A DNA stretch of 59,177 nt, counting the filler. It is 3 parts of 3 records of this genome, joined end to end, with 100 filler letters (N's around TTAATTAATTAA, not from the genome) between each part and the next. Parts side by side here need not be neighbours in the genome. Positions count along the whole stretch, not along the records: positions 40,721 to 59,177 come from SRR31156797_10046; 2 more parts are not named here. One strand, given 5' to 3'. This document shows, one piece after another, positions 48,531 through 59,082 of this stretch (its first letter is position 1; the number at the start of each line of letters is the position of its first letter). The position numbers were made by a program, and so were the translations under genes. The notes under the pieces were generated by a model, which had not been told where the DNA came from, did not search any database, and saw nothing but the letters and a program-made list of their open reading frames with translations.

Positions 48531-50642
48531 ATGAAGATTAAAAAATTAGTACAACTCTCATTAATTTCTTTTGTTGCGAGTCAACAATTAGCATATTCAG
48601 TAGAAAATGATGAAAAGAAAAACTTAACATTACCTTCTGTTTTAGTCAAGGAAAATGAATCTAAAAGTAGTTTTAAAGATTTACCCTTTAATATTATTGA
48701 GATTGATGGTAAAGAGATTGATGAAAAAGGATACAAAAGTTTAGAAGAACTTTTAAGATCAACGCCTGGAATTAATGTAAATACCTCAGGAGGGGCAAAT
48801 GTATCCAGCGCTTATGTTAGAGGTATTGGAGCAATGTATCCTTTAAGTATGGATGATGCTTTTGTACTTGTAAATATAGATGGTGCTCCAATTAGTCAAA
48901 GACATTTATCATTAAGCAGTTTAGATGTACAAAGTATAGAGGTTTTAAAAGGACCTCAGGGAACAACTTTTGGAGGATTAGGTGGTGTTGGAGCAGTAAA
49001 TATTATTACTAATAAACCAACTTCATATACACAAGGATATTTTAAAAGTGAAATTTCATCTGATGGAGAACATAAAGTAGATGCAGCAGTTGGAGGTGCA
49101 CTAAGTGAAAATGTAAGTGGAAGACTAGCAATACACCACTCAAAATATGAATATCCTATAAAAAATCTTGAAACTGGTAAAGCCGTATCTGAGCCAAGTG
49201 TGCTAGGAATAAGAGGTAGTCTTAACTGGAATATAAATTCTAATACCTCAGCATTACTATCACTAGAGCATCAAAAAAGTAAACATATGGGAGAAAATAT
49301 TGTTCTCAAGCCTTATGATAATGACCCTAAAATGGATGTTACTGCTGGAATATATAATTATAGCCATAAAACATTAGATAAAGGGACATTACAAATAGAT
49401 CATATGTTTAAAAATGCAAAACTTACATCTATAAGTTCTTATTCAGATGTTTATAATATTTCACCTGTTATCTATGATAAGTTACTTTATAATGCGATGT
49501 ATGGATATGAAAGTGAATATTGGAATGATCAAGAATCATCAGATAAAGTTTTTACCCAAGATATTAGGTTATCATCTATTAATAATTCAAATTTCTCTTG
49601 GATTTCAGGAGTTAGCTTACTAAATTCAAATAGAACTTATAATCACTCAAGAGCTGGAGGTCCAAATTTTGTAGTATATCCAGGGACATCTCAATATAGA
49701 GACTTTGATACACAAAGATATGCTATTTATGGAGAAGTAACCATTCCATTTTATGAGAAGTGGAAGTTAATTGCAGGTTTAAGACATACTTGGGATTATA
49801 AAGATTACAGTGCTACATATACTTCAAGTGGAGTAAGTGTTTATGATAAAGACCAATTAAATGATAATTTTACAACAGGAAGAATTGGTTTAAGTTATGA
49901 GATATCTCCTGAAACAAATATATATGGAATTGTTTCAAAAGGTTATAATCCAGGTGGTTTTCAAGACTATGCAAGAAAAATTGGTGATGCAAAATATGAT
50001 GCAGCAACAATATATACTTATGAATTAGGAACAAAATCTAGCTTTTTTGATGAAAAACTTACTATTAACAACTCTATATTCTATACTGATGTAAAAGATA
50101 ATTATTTGATTGATAGTACAGGCTTTGACTATTTTGTTGTAAATGCAGATACTAAAAGTTATGGTTACGAATTATCTTCAAACTGGAATATAAATGATAA
50201 TCTTTCTTTAGCTGGAAATATAACTTTTACCAATGCCACAATTGAAGATAATGCAAGTAGTGATATAGGAGGTTCAATAAAAAAAGGAAATGATGTCCCA
50301 GACATTGCAAATTTCAGTTCAAGCTTATCAATTATGTATAATACCCCTCTACCAAACTTTAAAATTTTTGATGCAAGTACTAGACTAAACACTAGATTAG
50401 ATTATATGTATGTAGGGAAAAGGGCTGCTGATGTTCAAAATAATTTTGATTTAGATGCATATCATAATATAAATTTACACTTAGGAATAGAACAAGGCAA
50501 AAAAGAGTTTTATTTATGGGGAAGAAACCTTCTGAATGAATATTATGATCTATATGGTTTTTATGACAAAGGCACTTCTGTAAAGTATGGTTCACCTGCA
50601 AAAGGTAGAGCTATAGGAATAGGCTTTAGTTATACTTTTTAA
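48531..50642 (+). CDS. TonB-dependent siderophore receptor 2
   Basis: Signal peptide; SIEVLKGPQGTTFG; SKGYNPGGF; terminal YTF. Confidence 0.9.
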   Translation: MKIKKLVQLSLISFVASQQLAYSVENDEKKNLTLPSVLVKENESKSSFKDLPFNIIEIDGKEIDEKGYKSLEELLRSTPGINVNTSGGANVSSAYVRGIGAMYPLSMDDAFVLVNIDGAPISQRHLSLSSLDVQSIEVLKGPQGTTFGGLGGVGAVNIITNKPTSYTQGYFKSEISSDGEHKVDAAVGGALSENVSGRLAIHHSKYEYPIKNLETGKAVSEPSVLGIRGSLNWNINSNTSALLSLEHQKSKHMGENIVLKPYDNDPKMDVTAGIYNYSHKTLDKGTLQIDHMFKNAKLTSISSYSDVYNISPVIYDKLLYNAMYGYESEYWNDQESSDKVFTQDIRLSSINNSNFSWISGVSLLNSNRTYNHSRAGGPNFVVYPGTSQYRDFDTQRYAIYGEVTIPFYEKWKLIAGLRHTWDYKDYSATYTSSGVSVYDKDQLNDNFTTGRIGLSYEISPETNIYGIVSKGYNPGGFQDYARKIGDAKYDAATIYTYELGTKSSFFDEKLTINNSIFYTDVKDNYLIDSTGFDYFVVNADTKSYGYELSSNWNINDNLSLAGNITFTNATIEDNASSDIGGSIKKGNDVPDIANFSSSLSIMYNTPLPNFKIFDASTRLNTRLDYMYVGKRAADVQNNFDLDAYHNINLHLGIEQGKKEFYLWGRNLLNEYYDLYGFYDKGTSVKYGSPAKGRAIGIGFSYTF

Positions 50643-50681
50643 GAAAAATTAAAACTAGAAGCATAAACGTCTAGTTTTAAA

Positions 50682-51632
50682 CTAATAATAATATTTCTTT
50701 GTTTTTATAACATCTTTAGGTCTTATTCCGAAATACTTTATAAAAGAGTTTGTAAAGCTTTGTTGATATTTATAACCTACTAATTTAGATACTTCATTTA
50801 TATTATATTCACTTGTTTCAAGTAACTTTTTAGCTTTTTTCATTTTTTCTTCAAGTATCATATTTCCAGGACTTGTATTAAAATATTTTTTAAAACCATA
50901 TTTTAGTTTAAACTCATTTAGTGCAACTTTTTTTGCTAAAGTAGATATAGTATAATTATCATTGTTTTGAAGAATTAATTCTTTTGCTTTTTTCAAAGCA
51001 TTAATATCACTTTCACTAAATTTTACTTTTTCTTTTGAAGTTTTTTGCTCTTTTAATAAACTATTTAATTCATAATAAATTAACTCTAAAACTTTTGACT
51101 GTAAAAAAATATGTTCTAAATCATTTTCATAAATATTATTAGAAAAAATCTCATTTAAAATTTTATTTATTGGATATGTAGTATTTCTACTTGCTAAAAC
51201 TTCATGACAAAACCTACTTTCAAGTTTTGATAGTAAATCATCTTTTCTAAGCCCCAAAGGTATATTTTTTTCTAAAAATTCTTTTTCTAAAATTAGTGTT
51301 ATTTTATTTAAATCACCTTTTTGAGCAAGGGATTGTGTTGATTCATCTTTAATAAGTTCAATATCTGTTCTATTACTTGAAGTAGAAAGATTATATGATG
51401 ATAACTTAGAATTATAAACCACATCACCAGAGAGATTATAATCGATTATTATTCCATTAATCTGAGAATTGGAATCTACTGTTATATTATCTTTTAAAAA
51501 AAGTTTTGACTTTATAAAGTGAACTGAATCAAACATCTCTTTTGATAAAATTTCACCTTCTACTTTTTCCTCAGGGAAACTCATTGTTCCATTAAAGTTA
51601 TCAAAATTAAATGAATTCATATTAAATGACAT
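50682..51632 (-). CDS. AraC-family regulator (PchR/YbtA-like) 3
   Basis: FLQSKVLEL, NEFKLKYGFKKYF and VGYKYQQSF. Confidence 0.9.
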   Translation of the reverse strand: MSFNMNSFNFDNFNGTMSFPEEKVEGEILSKEMFDSVHFIKSKLFLKDNITVDSNSQINGIIIDYNLSGDVVYNSKLSSYNLSTSSNRTDIELIKDESTQSLAQKGDLNKITLILEKEFLEKNIPLGLRKDDLLSKLESRFCHEVLASRNTTYPINKILNEIFSNNIYENDLEHIFLQSKVLELIYYELNSLLKEQKTSKEKVKFSESDINALKKAKELILQNNDNYTISTLAKKVALNEFKLKYGFKKYFNTSPGNMILEEKMKKAKKLLETSEYNINEVSKLVGYKYQQSFTNSFIKYFGIRPKDVIKTKKYYY

Positions 51633-51636
51633 AAAT

Positions 51637-51711
51637 ACTCCTGAAATACTAAAAAAAAATACTATTTGGATAAAAACAATATTGAAAATAGTTATTATTA
51701 TTGATTATACT
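51637..51711 (+). promoter_or_regulatory. Activator-like repeat and Fur-like box of receptor 3
   Basis: AATACTAT at 51658; TTGAAAATAGTTATTAT at 51682; TATACT -10. Confidence 0.6.
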
Positions 51712-51745
51712 TACTTTTTAATAAAAAATTTCAATGGAGTAAAAA

Positions 51746-53854
51746 ATGAAAAAAAATTTATTTGTAACATTTGTTATATTTTTCAGTGGTACAATATTAT
51801 TGGCAAACTCAACTGTAAATTTAAATGAAGTTACAGTAACTGCAAATAAAATGGATGAGAATATAAAAGAGATCCCTCAGAGTATTTCATCTTTAGATGA
51901 ATATGAGATTGAACAAAAACAGATTCAAAATATTCCTGATGTTATAAAATACATTCCAAATCTAAGTTCTACATACATGTATTCAGATAGAGTTAACTTT
52001 AGAGGGATAAATACCTCTGTATTTACAAATAATAACCCTATAGTTATATACATTGATGGAATACCTCAAAGTAGTGTTTATGATTTTGATGCTTCTTTAT
52101 TAAATATCAAAAGTGTAGAAGTTTTAAGAGGTCCACAAGGCGTGCTTTATGGTAAGGACAGTATTGGTGGAGTAATTAATATTACAACTAAAGAAGCAAC
52201 AAACGAACTTGAAGGGTATCTTGGTGCAGAATATGGTTCAATGCAATTTATGCAAACTTCTCTTGACATAAATGGACCAATAATAAAAGATAAATTGTAT
52301 TTTGGGATAAATGCAGCATTAAGTAAAGATGATGGATGGCAAACAAATCACAATTCGTCTCAAGATAATGATTCAAACAGAAAAAGTTTTAATCAATTAA
52401 ATGCCAATTTATATTATAAAGCAAATGATGATTTAAGTATAAACCTAAATGTATTTAATAATGAGAAAAAAAGATATGGTTTTCAAGGTGGTGCAGTTTC
52501 TCAAAGTGAAGATATAAATTCTTACAATTATGATGATTTCAAAGATGTAAATTTTGAAACAGACTCTTATATTAAAACAAAAGCACATGCACAATCACTT
52601 AAAATAGAATATTTCTTAGATAACAATACAACATTTACATCTGTTACTGCAAATAAAAATATTGATATAGATGGTAAATGGGATGTGGATTATGGTTCTA
52701 ATTCTGCATATGATAACTTAGCAATGTTTCAAGATGCACAGTCAAAAGATTTTTCTCAAGAATTTAGAATCGTAGGAGAAAATGAAACTTTTAGATATGT
52801 AACAGGTTTATATTTTGAAAGAGATGAATTTAAATTTAATAAATATGGAATGGAATACCCTTCTTATTTAGTAGGGAACCCTTTTGGTTCTGGAGTTGCA
52901 GCTGAATTTAATTCTGCATCAAAAGCTATTGGAAAAACTTATGCTGCATTTGGACAAGTTGTTATTCCTTTTTTAGAGACATATGAATTAACATTAGGTG
53001 CAAGATATCAAAGTATACATAAAAGTATGAATTTAGATTATTACTTTAATCCAATAAATACAAGTTCTTCTCCTATATTTAATTTTAATGAAGATAACAA
53101 ATGGAACGCTTTTTTACCTAAAATTGCAATTTCAAAAAAAATAAATGAAGACTTATCTACTTATATAAATATTTCAAAAGGTTATTTACCAGGAGGATAC
53201 AACAACTTTGCAAGCAGTGGAACAGAAAAAGATAATCGATTTGATGCACAAACTTCAATGAATTACGAAATTGGAATGAGAGGAAGCTTTTTTAACGACA
53301 AGTTGTATTTATCAAGTTCGATTTTTTATATGGATATCAATGATATTCATGTGTATAGCACAGACCCTACAACAAAAATGATGTACACTTCAAATGCAGG
53401 TGAAGCAACTTCAAAAGGTATTGAACTTGAAGCAAACTACAATATTAATTCAAACTGGAAAATTGATGCTTCAATTGGACTTATCCAAGCAAAATATACT
53501 AAATATATTGACGCAAATGAACAAGATAATAAAAACAAAAAGATAGAAAGAACACCTTCTCATTCAATTAATCTAGGAGTTTCTTATTATGCAGATAATG
53601 GTTTTTATGGAAGAGTAGATATTAGAAATCAAGGGAAAATGTATTTTAACGCCCAAAATAGCTTGAAACAAGATGCTTATACAATAGGAAATATAAAACT
53701 TGGATATTTATTTAAAAACTTAGATATTTACAGTTATGTAAAAAACATTACTGATGAAAGTTATATTGAAGCAGTTGAAGAGATGGCAGAGTACAGACAG
53801 TTATCTTATGGAGAAGGAAGAATTGTTGGGATAGGTTTAAAGTATACCTTTTAA
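51746..53854 (+). CDS. TonB-dependent siderophore receptor 3 (FyuA-like)
   Basis: EVTVTANK, SVEVLRGPQGVLYG and SKGYLPGGYN; terminal YTF; paralog of receptor 1. Confidence 0.92.
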   Translation: MKKNLFVTFVIFFSGTILLANSTVNLNEVTVTANKMDENIKEIPQSISSLDEYEIEQKQIQNIPDVIKYIPNLSSTYMYSDRVNFRGINTSVFTNNNPIVIYIDGIPQSSVYDFDASLLNIKSVEVLRGPQGVLYGKDSIGGVINITTKEATNELEGYLGAEYGSMQFMQTSLDINGPIIKDKLYFGINAALSKDDGWQTNHNSSQDNDSNRKSFNQLNANLYYKANDDLSINLNVFNNEKKRYGFQGGAVSQSEDINSYNYDDFKDVNFETDSYIKTKAHAQSLKIEYFLDNNTTFTSVTANKNIDIDGKWDVDYGSNSAYDNLAMFQDAQSKDFSQEFRIVGENETFRYVTGLYFERDEFKFNKYGMEYPSYLVGNPFGSGVAAEFNSASKAIGKTYAAFGQVVIPFLETYELTLGARYQSIHKSMNLDYYFNPINTSSSPIFNFNEDNKWNAFLPKIAISKKINEDLSTYINISKGYLPGGYNNFASSGTEKDNRFDAQTSMNYEIGMRGSFFNDKLYLSSSIFYMDINDIHVYSTDPTTKMMYTSNAGEATSKGIELEANYNINSNWKIDASIGLIQAKYTKYIDANEQDNKNKKIERTPSHSINLGVSYYADNGFYGRVDIRNQGKMYFNAQNSLKQDAYTIGNIKLGYLFKNLDIYSYVKNITDESYIEAVEEMAEYRQLSYGEGRIVGIGLKYTF

Positions 53855-53855
53855 A

Positions 53856-53930
53856 AATCCTTTTTAAATAAAAAAAAATCCTTTCAAAGAAAAATAGATA
53901 TTGATATTATTTATCAATATCTATATACTT
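53856..53930 (+). promoter_or_regulatory. Activator direct repeat and Fur-like palindrome of the ABC operon
   Basis: AATCCTTT twice, 21 bp apart; GATATTGATA-N6-TATCAATATC; TATACT -10. Confidence 0.7.
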
Positions 53931-53956
53931 TAAATAAAAATAGGTCTATTATAAAT

Positions 53957-55741
53957 ATGAAAAAATCTAAAAAAAAAATCTTATTAAATTTAATAAAACC
54001 CGTTAAATTCCAGATTCTACTAGCAATGATAATATCTGGTATAAGTGCACTTAGTTTAATTATTTCCTTACTCTTAATTAGTCTAACTCTTACTAGTTTA
54101 TTTGAAAATACAAAAGTAGCAATTCTAGGTATACATTTTAGTTTGTACAATACAATTTTATTATTAGCTATATTTACTGTTTCTTCTTTTTTACTCAGAT
54201 TATTTAGTTTTATAGTTTCTCACCTAGCAGCATTTAAGTTAGAGCAAATTTTAAGAACAGAAATATCTTTGCACTTATCAAAGCTTCCCTTAGGTTTTAT
54301 TATATCTAATGGCTCAGGAAGATTAAAAAAAATAATACAAACAGATGTAAGGGCATTACACACTTTAGTTGCAGATAGCACACCAATGATAGCCAAAAGC
54401 ATTGTAGCTCCACTTTCAACTTTTATTATTTTGATTATAATTGATTATAGATTTGCATTAGTCAGTTTAGGAGTTTTGATTGTTGGTTGGTTAGCAATGG
54501 CTTTTGCTATGAAAGACTCAGAAGAATTGAGAAAAAAATATGAATCAAGCCAAGCGAATATAAATAAAGTTGTTGTTGAATTTGCTCAAGCTATGCCTGT
54601 AGTTCGTACATTTGATGACGGAAGTAATTCTTTTAATAAATATCAAGGGGCACTTGATATTTATAAAAAAAATTTAAATAACTGGATGAAAACTAGTTCT
54701 TTCCCTGCAAAACTAGGAATACTAATATTAAGTCCTTTGCCTACTATAATTGCCGTTTTAACTTTAGGGTTTATTCTTCAAATAAATAATAACTTAGAAC
54801 TATTTAGTTTTGTTTCAGCACTTTTTTTAAGTACAGGAATGGCAGATTCTATGATGCCAATAATGTGGATAAATAACCATATAAAAAAATCAAATGCATC
54901 AGCAATAAAAATTCAAGAACTATTAGATGTCGAACCCTTAGCTGAAAGCAAAATACCAAGAACTCCAAGAGCCTATAATATCGATTTTGAAAATGTATAT
55001 TTTAAATATGAAAATACAAAAAACTTTGCATTGGCAGATATAAATTTTTCAATAAAAGAAAATACAACTATAGCTTTAATAGGAGCAAGTGGTGCAGGGA
55101 AAAGTACAATTGCAAAACTTATTCCAAGATTTTGGGATATAACTCAAGGAAAGATTTGTATTGGAGGAATAAATATAAAAGATATCAATACACAAAAACT
55201 AATGGAGATTGTGTCTTTTGTTTTTCAAGATACTTTTCTCTTCCATGACACAATTTATAACAATATAAAAATATCAAAACCAAATGCTACAAAAGAAGAG
55301 ATAATAGATGCAGCAAAAGCAGCCCAAATTGATGAATTTATTAACTCACTTCCCAATAAATATGAAACCATTGTAAAAGAAAGAGGTCATAATCTATCAG
55401 GAGGACAAAAACAAAGAATAACAATAGCAAGAGCTATTTTAAAAGATTCTCCTATTATAGTTTTGGATGAAGCTACAGCTTTTTCTGATTCAGAAAATGA
55501 AGAAAAAATAATCAAAGCATTAAGTAATCTTACCAAAAACAAAACTGTAATAATGATTGCACATAGACTTTCAACAATAATCAATTCTGATCAAATTTTA
55601 GTGTTTGATAAAGGTCAGGTTGTAGAAAAAGGGAAACATGAAGAGCTAATAAAAAATAAACATTTATATCTTAAACATTGGCAAAAATATAAAGAAGCCT
55701 CAAACTGGAATCTAGAAAAAGGAATAGAAAATGAGAAGTAA
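53957..55741 (+). CDS. YbtP/IrtA-like ABC transporter (TMD+NBD)
   Basis: SHLAAFKLEQILR, AQAMPVVRTF, GASGAGKST, LSGGQKQR and LDEATAF. Confidence 0.88.
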   Translation: MKKSKKKILLNLIKPVKFQILLAMIISGISALSLIISLLLISLTLTSLFENTKVAILGIHFSLYNTILLLAIFTVSSFLLRLFSFIVSHLAAFKLEQILRTEISLHLSKLPLGFIISNGSGRLKKIIQTDVRALHTLVADSTPMIAKSIVAPLSTFIILIIIDYRFALVSLGVLIVGWLAMAFAMKDSEELRKKYESSQANINKVVVEFAQAMPVVRTFDDGSNSFNKYQGALDIYKKNLNNWMKTSSFPAKLGILILSPLPTIIAVLTLGFILQINNNLELFSFVSALFLSTGMADSMMPIMWINNHIKKSNASAIKIQELLDVEPLAESKIPRTPRAYNIDFENVYFKYENTKNFALADINFSIKENTTIALIGASGAGKSTIAKLIPRFWDITQGKICIGGINIKDINTQKLMEIVSFVFQDTFLFHDTIYNNIKISKPNATKEEIIDAAKAAQIDEFINSLPNKYETIVKERGHNLSGGQKQRITIARAILKDSPIIVLDEATAFSDSENEEKIIKALSNLTKNKTVIMIAHRLSTIINSDQILVFDKGQVVEKGKHEELIKNKHLYLKHWQKYKEASNWNLEKGIENEK

Positions 55742-57503
55742 AAATACTTCATTGTACGAATCATATAAAATAACACTAGAACTAGCTGGTTCACAAGCAC
55801 ACTTATTAAAAAAAAGTTATCTGTTTTTTATCATTTCATATATATTTCAAGGTTTAACTTTTTTATCTTTTTTCCCTTTTTTAGAAAATATATTCAGTTT
55901 GCATTTTAACTTGGAAAACACTCTACTTTATTTGCTACTTGTTATTTTTTTATCTTGTATATCATTATACTTTAGATGGTTGGCCTCAGAATTCCAATAT
56001 TCAGAAGATTTAGTAAATATAAGTCATGAACTAAGATTAAAACTTGGAAAAAAAATAAAAAATATGCCTTTAAAAAACTTATATCAATATAGAACAGGTG
56101 AATTAAATTCTATTTTGGCACAAAATGTTGATGACTCAGTTTTACATATGGGAATTATTGCTGGAATGTTTTTTGAAGCAACGGTTGTACCTTTGGTTAT
56201 AATTATAGGAACTTTTTTTATTTCAACAAAAATTGCATTAAGTCTTGTAATTGTTTTAATTATTGCCATTCCTATATACAGATTTAGTAGGAAAGAAACA
56301 AAGTGGGAAAAAGAACAAGGGGCGATAGCCCATGCAAAATTAGAGGCTGATACTATTGAATATATTCAAGGTCTTCCAATATTAAAAGCCCTTAATCAAG
56401 TTGGGGAAAATGCAAAAACTTTACAAAAATCTATTGAAGATGTAAAACAAATACAAAAAAAAGGCGTATTAGTTTCATCATTGCCTCTTGTTATTATGAA
56501 TACATTAATTGAGTTTGTATTTTTATCTGTTTTAATAGTTGGCTCTTTATGGATTACTCAAACAGAATTTTCTATCTCTGCTTTAATTTCCCTTTTGATA
56601 ATACTATCTAGACTTTCTGAACCTTTGGCAAATTTTTTAGCTGTAAGTTCTGTTTTGGATATCATGGAAAATGGATTTATAAATATCAAAAAAATTCTAA
56701 AAACAAAAGAATTAAAAGTAAATAAACCTAATCTAAGCCCCTTAGCTTTTAATATCAATTTTGAGAATGTCTTTTATTCTTATGACAATTCACAACAATT
56801 GACATTAAATAACATTTCCCTAGAAATAAAAGAAAAAACTTTAAATGCTATAGTTGGTCCCTCGGGAAGTGGGAAAACAACTATTTCAAAAATGATTATG
56901 AGATACGCTGACCCACAAGAAGGTAAAATCACTATCTCAGATATTGATATAAAAAGCATTGAAACAAAAGAATTAATGTCTTACATTTCTGTTGTTTTTC
57001 AAGATGTATATTTATTTGATGACACAATATTTAATAACATCAAAATGGGAAAGAACAACGCAACAAAAGAAGAAGTTATCGCTGCTTCAAAAGCTGCATA
57101 CTGCGAAGAGTTCATTAATAAACTGCCAAATGGCTATGAAACAAAAGTTGGAGAAATTGGTGGAAATCTAAGTGGAGGAGAAAAACAAAGAATAAGTATT
57201 GCAAGAGCTATTTTGAAAGACACCCCAATAGTGATCTTAGATGAGCCTACATCTGCACTTGACACAGAAAGTGAAATTGAAGTACAAAAAGCATTAGATC
57301 AATTAATAAAAAATAAAACTGTTATTGCAATAGCCCATAGATTATCAACTATAAACCACTCAAAAAATATTATAGTTTTAGAAAATGGACAAGTTGTTGA
57401 AACTGGAACTCATAAAGAATTAATAGAAAAAAAAGGTAAATATTACAATATGTATGAAACTCAAGAAAAAACAAAACAAATAAGACAAGGCACACTTAAA
57501 TGA
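55731..57503 (+). CDS. YbtQ/IrtB-like ABC transporter (TMD+NBD)
   Basis: EYIQGLPILKA, GPSGSGKT, LSGGEKQR and LDEPTSALD. Confidence 0.88.
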   Translation: MRSKNTSLYESYKITLELAGSQAHLLKKSYLFFIISYIFQGLTFLSFFPFLENIFSLHFNLENTLLYLLLVIFLSCISLYFRWLASEFQYSEDLVNISHELRLKLGKKIKNMPLKNLYQYRTGELNSILAQNVDDSVLHMGIIAGMFFEATVVPLVIIIGTFFISTKIALSLVIVLIIAIPIYRFSRKETKWEKEQGAIAHAKLEADTIEYIQGLPILKALNQVGENAKTLQKSIEDVKQIQKKGVLVSSLPLVIMNTLIEFVFLSVLIVGSLWITQTEFSISALISLLIILSRLSEPLANFLAVSSVLDIMENGFINIKKILKTKELKVNKPNLSPLAFNINFENVFYSYDNSQQLTLNNISLEIKEKTLNAIVGPSGSGKTTISKMIMRYADPQEGKITISDIDIKSIETKELMSYISVVFQDVYLFDDTIFNNIKMGKNNATKEEVIAASKAAYCEEFINKLPNGYETKVGEIGGNLSGGEKQRISIARAILKDTPIVILDEPTSALDTESEIEVQKALDQLIKNKTVIAIAHRLSTINHSKNIIVLENGQVVETGTHKELIEKKGKYYNMYETQEKTKQIRQGTLK

Positions 57504-58708
57504 AAAAAAAATTATCAATATCATCTATTCTTCTACTTTTTGGACTTTACACAACTCAATATTTAGGTTTAGCTTTTTTCACTGAAGCTTTAATTGCTAT
57601 TCTAAGAAAAAATAATGTTTCCCTAGAATTTTTAGGGTTGATATATATGCTAGGTCTTTTTTGGGTATTAAGGTTTTTATGGGCACCAATTATTGATAAA
57701 ATAGAATTTAAAAAACTAGGACATTTTAAATCTTGGATTATAATATTTCAATCATTGATGGTTTTAACACTTTTTTTAATCTCATTCTTCAATTTAACTA
57801 CTAGTTTAGAAACAATTATTATCTTGAGTATCTTCTTTGCATTTTTTTCTGCATCTCAAGATGTATCTCTAGATGCACTCGCTTTTAAAACAGTATTTAA
57901 AAAACAAAGACCATTAGTAAATGCTTTAAAAATTGCTGGGGGATTAATTGGTATGGTTTTAGGAAGTGGAATGGGACTAATAATTTATAAAAATTATGGT
58001 TGGAATATCACTATTTTAAGTTTAGCTTTTCTAACATTAGTTCCCCTTATCCAAATATTTTTCTTCAAAGAAGCACAAAATAGTTATAAACACTCTACTT
58101 TAATAAATTATAAACAATATTTAGTTTTTTGTGAAGGTAAAAACAAAAAAAAATGGATTATTTTACTTTTTATTTATCCAATTACTATTAGTAGTGCGTT
58201 TGGATTAATATCTCCTTTACTTGTTGACATAGGATGGGAACTTGACAAAATAGGTTTTGCAGTTCACATAGTTGGTTATGGACTAGGAATAGTCGCTGCT
58301 TTATTTTCATCTTCTCTTATTAATAAATTTAGTAGAAAAAGAATTTTAATTTTTGCAGCTTTTGGACAATCATTTAGTATGTCATTACTACTATTTCTAT
58401 TACAAGGTTATGATAATATCTACTTTGCAATATTTATAGTTGGTACAATATTTATTTTCTACACCCCGTCTCAAGTTGTTATTACAACATTAATAATGGA
58501 CAAATGCTCTAACTTAACCCCTGCAACTCAATTTGCTTTGCAACACAGTGTGTATATGTTTAGTGGGATACTTTTTAGTAGCTTAAGTGTTACAGCATCT
58601 GGTTTTTTTGGCTATGAAGCAATAATCCTATTAGGAACATTTTTCGGATTGTTTGCAGCTTACTATTCTTCTAAACTTGACATAATAATTGGGAAAAATA
58701 AAAATTAA
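57500..58708 (+). CDS. YbtX/FptX/RhtX (AmpG-like) MFS siderophore transporter
   Basis: LYTTQYL, WVLRFLWAPIID and SASQDVSLDAL. Confidence 0.85.
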   Translation: MKKKLSISSILLLFGLYTTQYLGLAFFTEALIAILRKNNVSLEFLGLIYMLGLFWVLRFLWAPIIDKIEFKKLGHFKSWIIIFQSLMVLTLFLISFFNLTTSLETIIILSIFFAFFSASQDVSLDALAFKTVFKKQRPLVNALKIAGGLIGMVLGSGMGLIIYKNYGWNITILSLAFLTLVPLIQIFFFKEAQNSYKHSTLINYKQYLVFCEGKNKKKWIILLFIYPITISSAFGLISPLLVDIGWELDKIGFAVHIVGYGLGIVAALFSSSLINKFSRKRILIFAAFGQSFSMSLLLFLLQGYDNIYFAIFIVGTIFIFYTPSQVVITTLIMDKCSNLTPATQFALQHSVYMFSGILFSSLSVTASGFFGYEAIILLGTFFGLFAAYYSSKLDIIIGKNKN

Positions 58709-58738
58709 TTGTATAAGCAACTATGCTTATACAATTAA
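58705..58738. terminator. Bidirectional hairpin between convergent genes
   Basis: TTAATTGTATAAGCA-ACTA-TGCTTATACAATTAA. Confidence 0.65.
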
Positions 58739-58740
58739 AG

Positions 58741-59082
58741 TTAGCAAGTTAATTTTTGAAGCTTATCTTGTACAAAATCACTAAAAACAGTTAGAACCAT
58801 TTCACTTTTTTTAGCATTAAATACAGATATACCATTAGTTGAAAGTTCTTCTATTGGTAATTGATTATTATCAATTGAAACCAAAACATCAAATTTTTTT
58901 TTCTTACAGAATTCACTAAAACCATCAATAGTCTCTTTAAAAGGATTTTTGATGATATCAACACCATCAATTTTTTGACCCTTGCAATGTAATATTGTAA
59001 GATAGTTTGATTTGCAGAATTGATTTTCAACTGTTGAAATATAACTTAATTTTTCTTGTGTAGGAAATACAACTTTTGTCAT
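58741..59082 (-). CDS. NifB/NifX-domain (FeMo-cofactor-binding-like) small protein
   Basis: KVVFPT...STVENQFCKSNY...IIKNP...DVLVS...NGISVF pattern; AAGGAG RBS. Confidence 0.65.
   Translation of the reverse strand: MTKVVFPTQEKLSYISTVENQFCKSNYLTILHCKGQKIDGVDIIKNPFKETIDGFSEFCKKKKFDVLVSIDNNQLPIEELSTNGISVFNAKKSEMVLTVFSDFVQDKLQKLTC

Noticed and set aside
250-56758. Numerous 60-140 aa ORFs antisense or out of frame within annotated genes
   Set aside because: They are shadow ORFs of well-supported genes, with no motifs or RBS.
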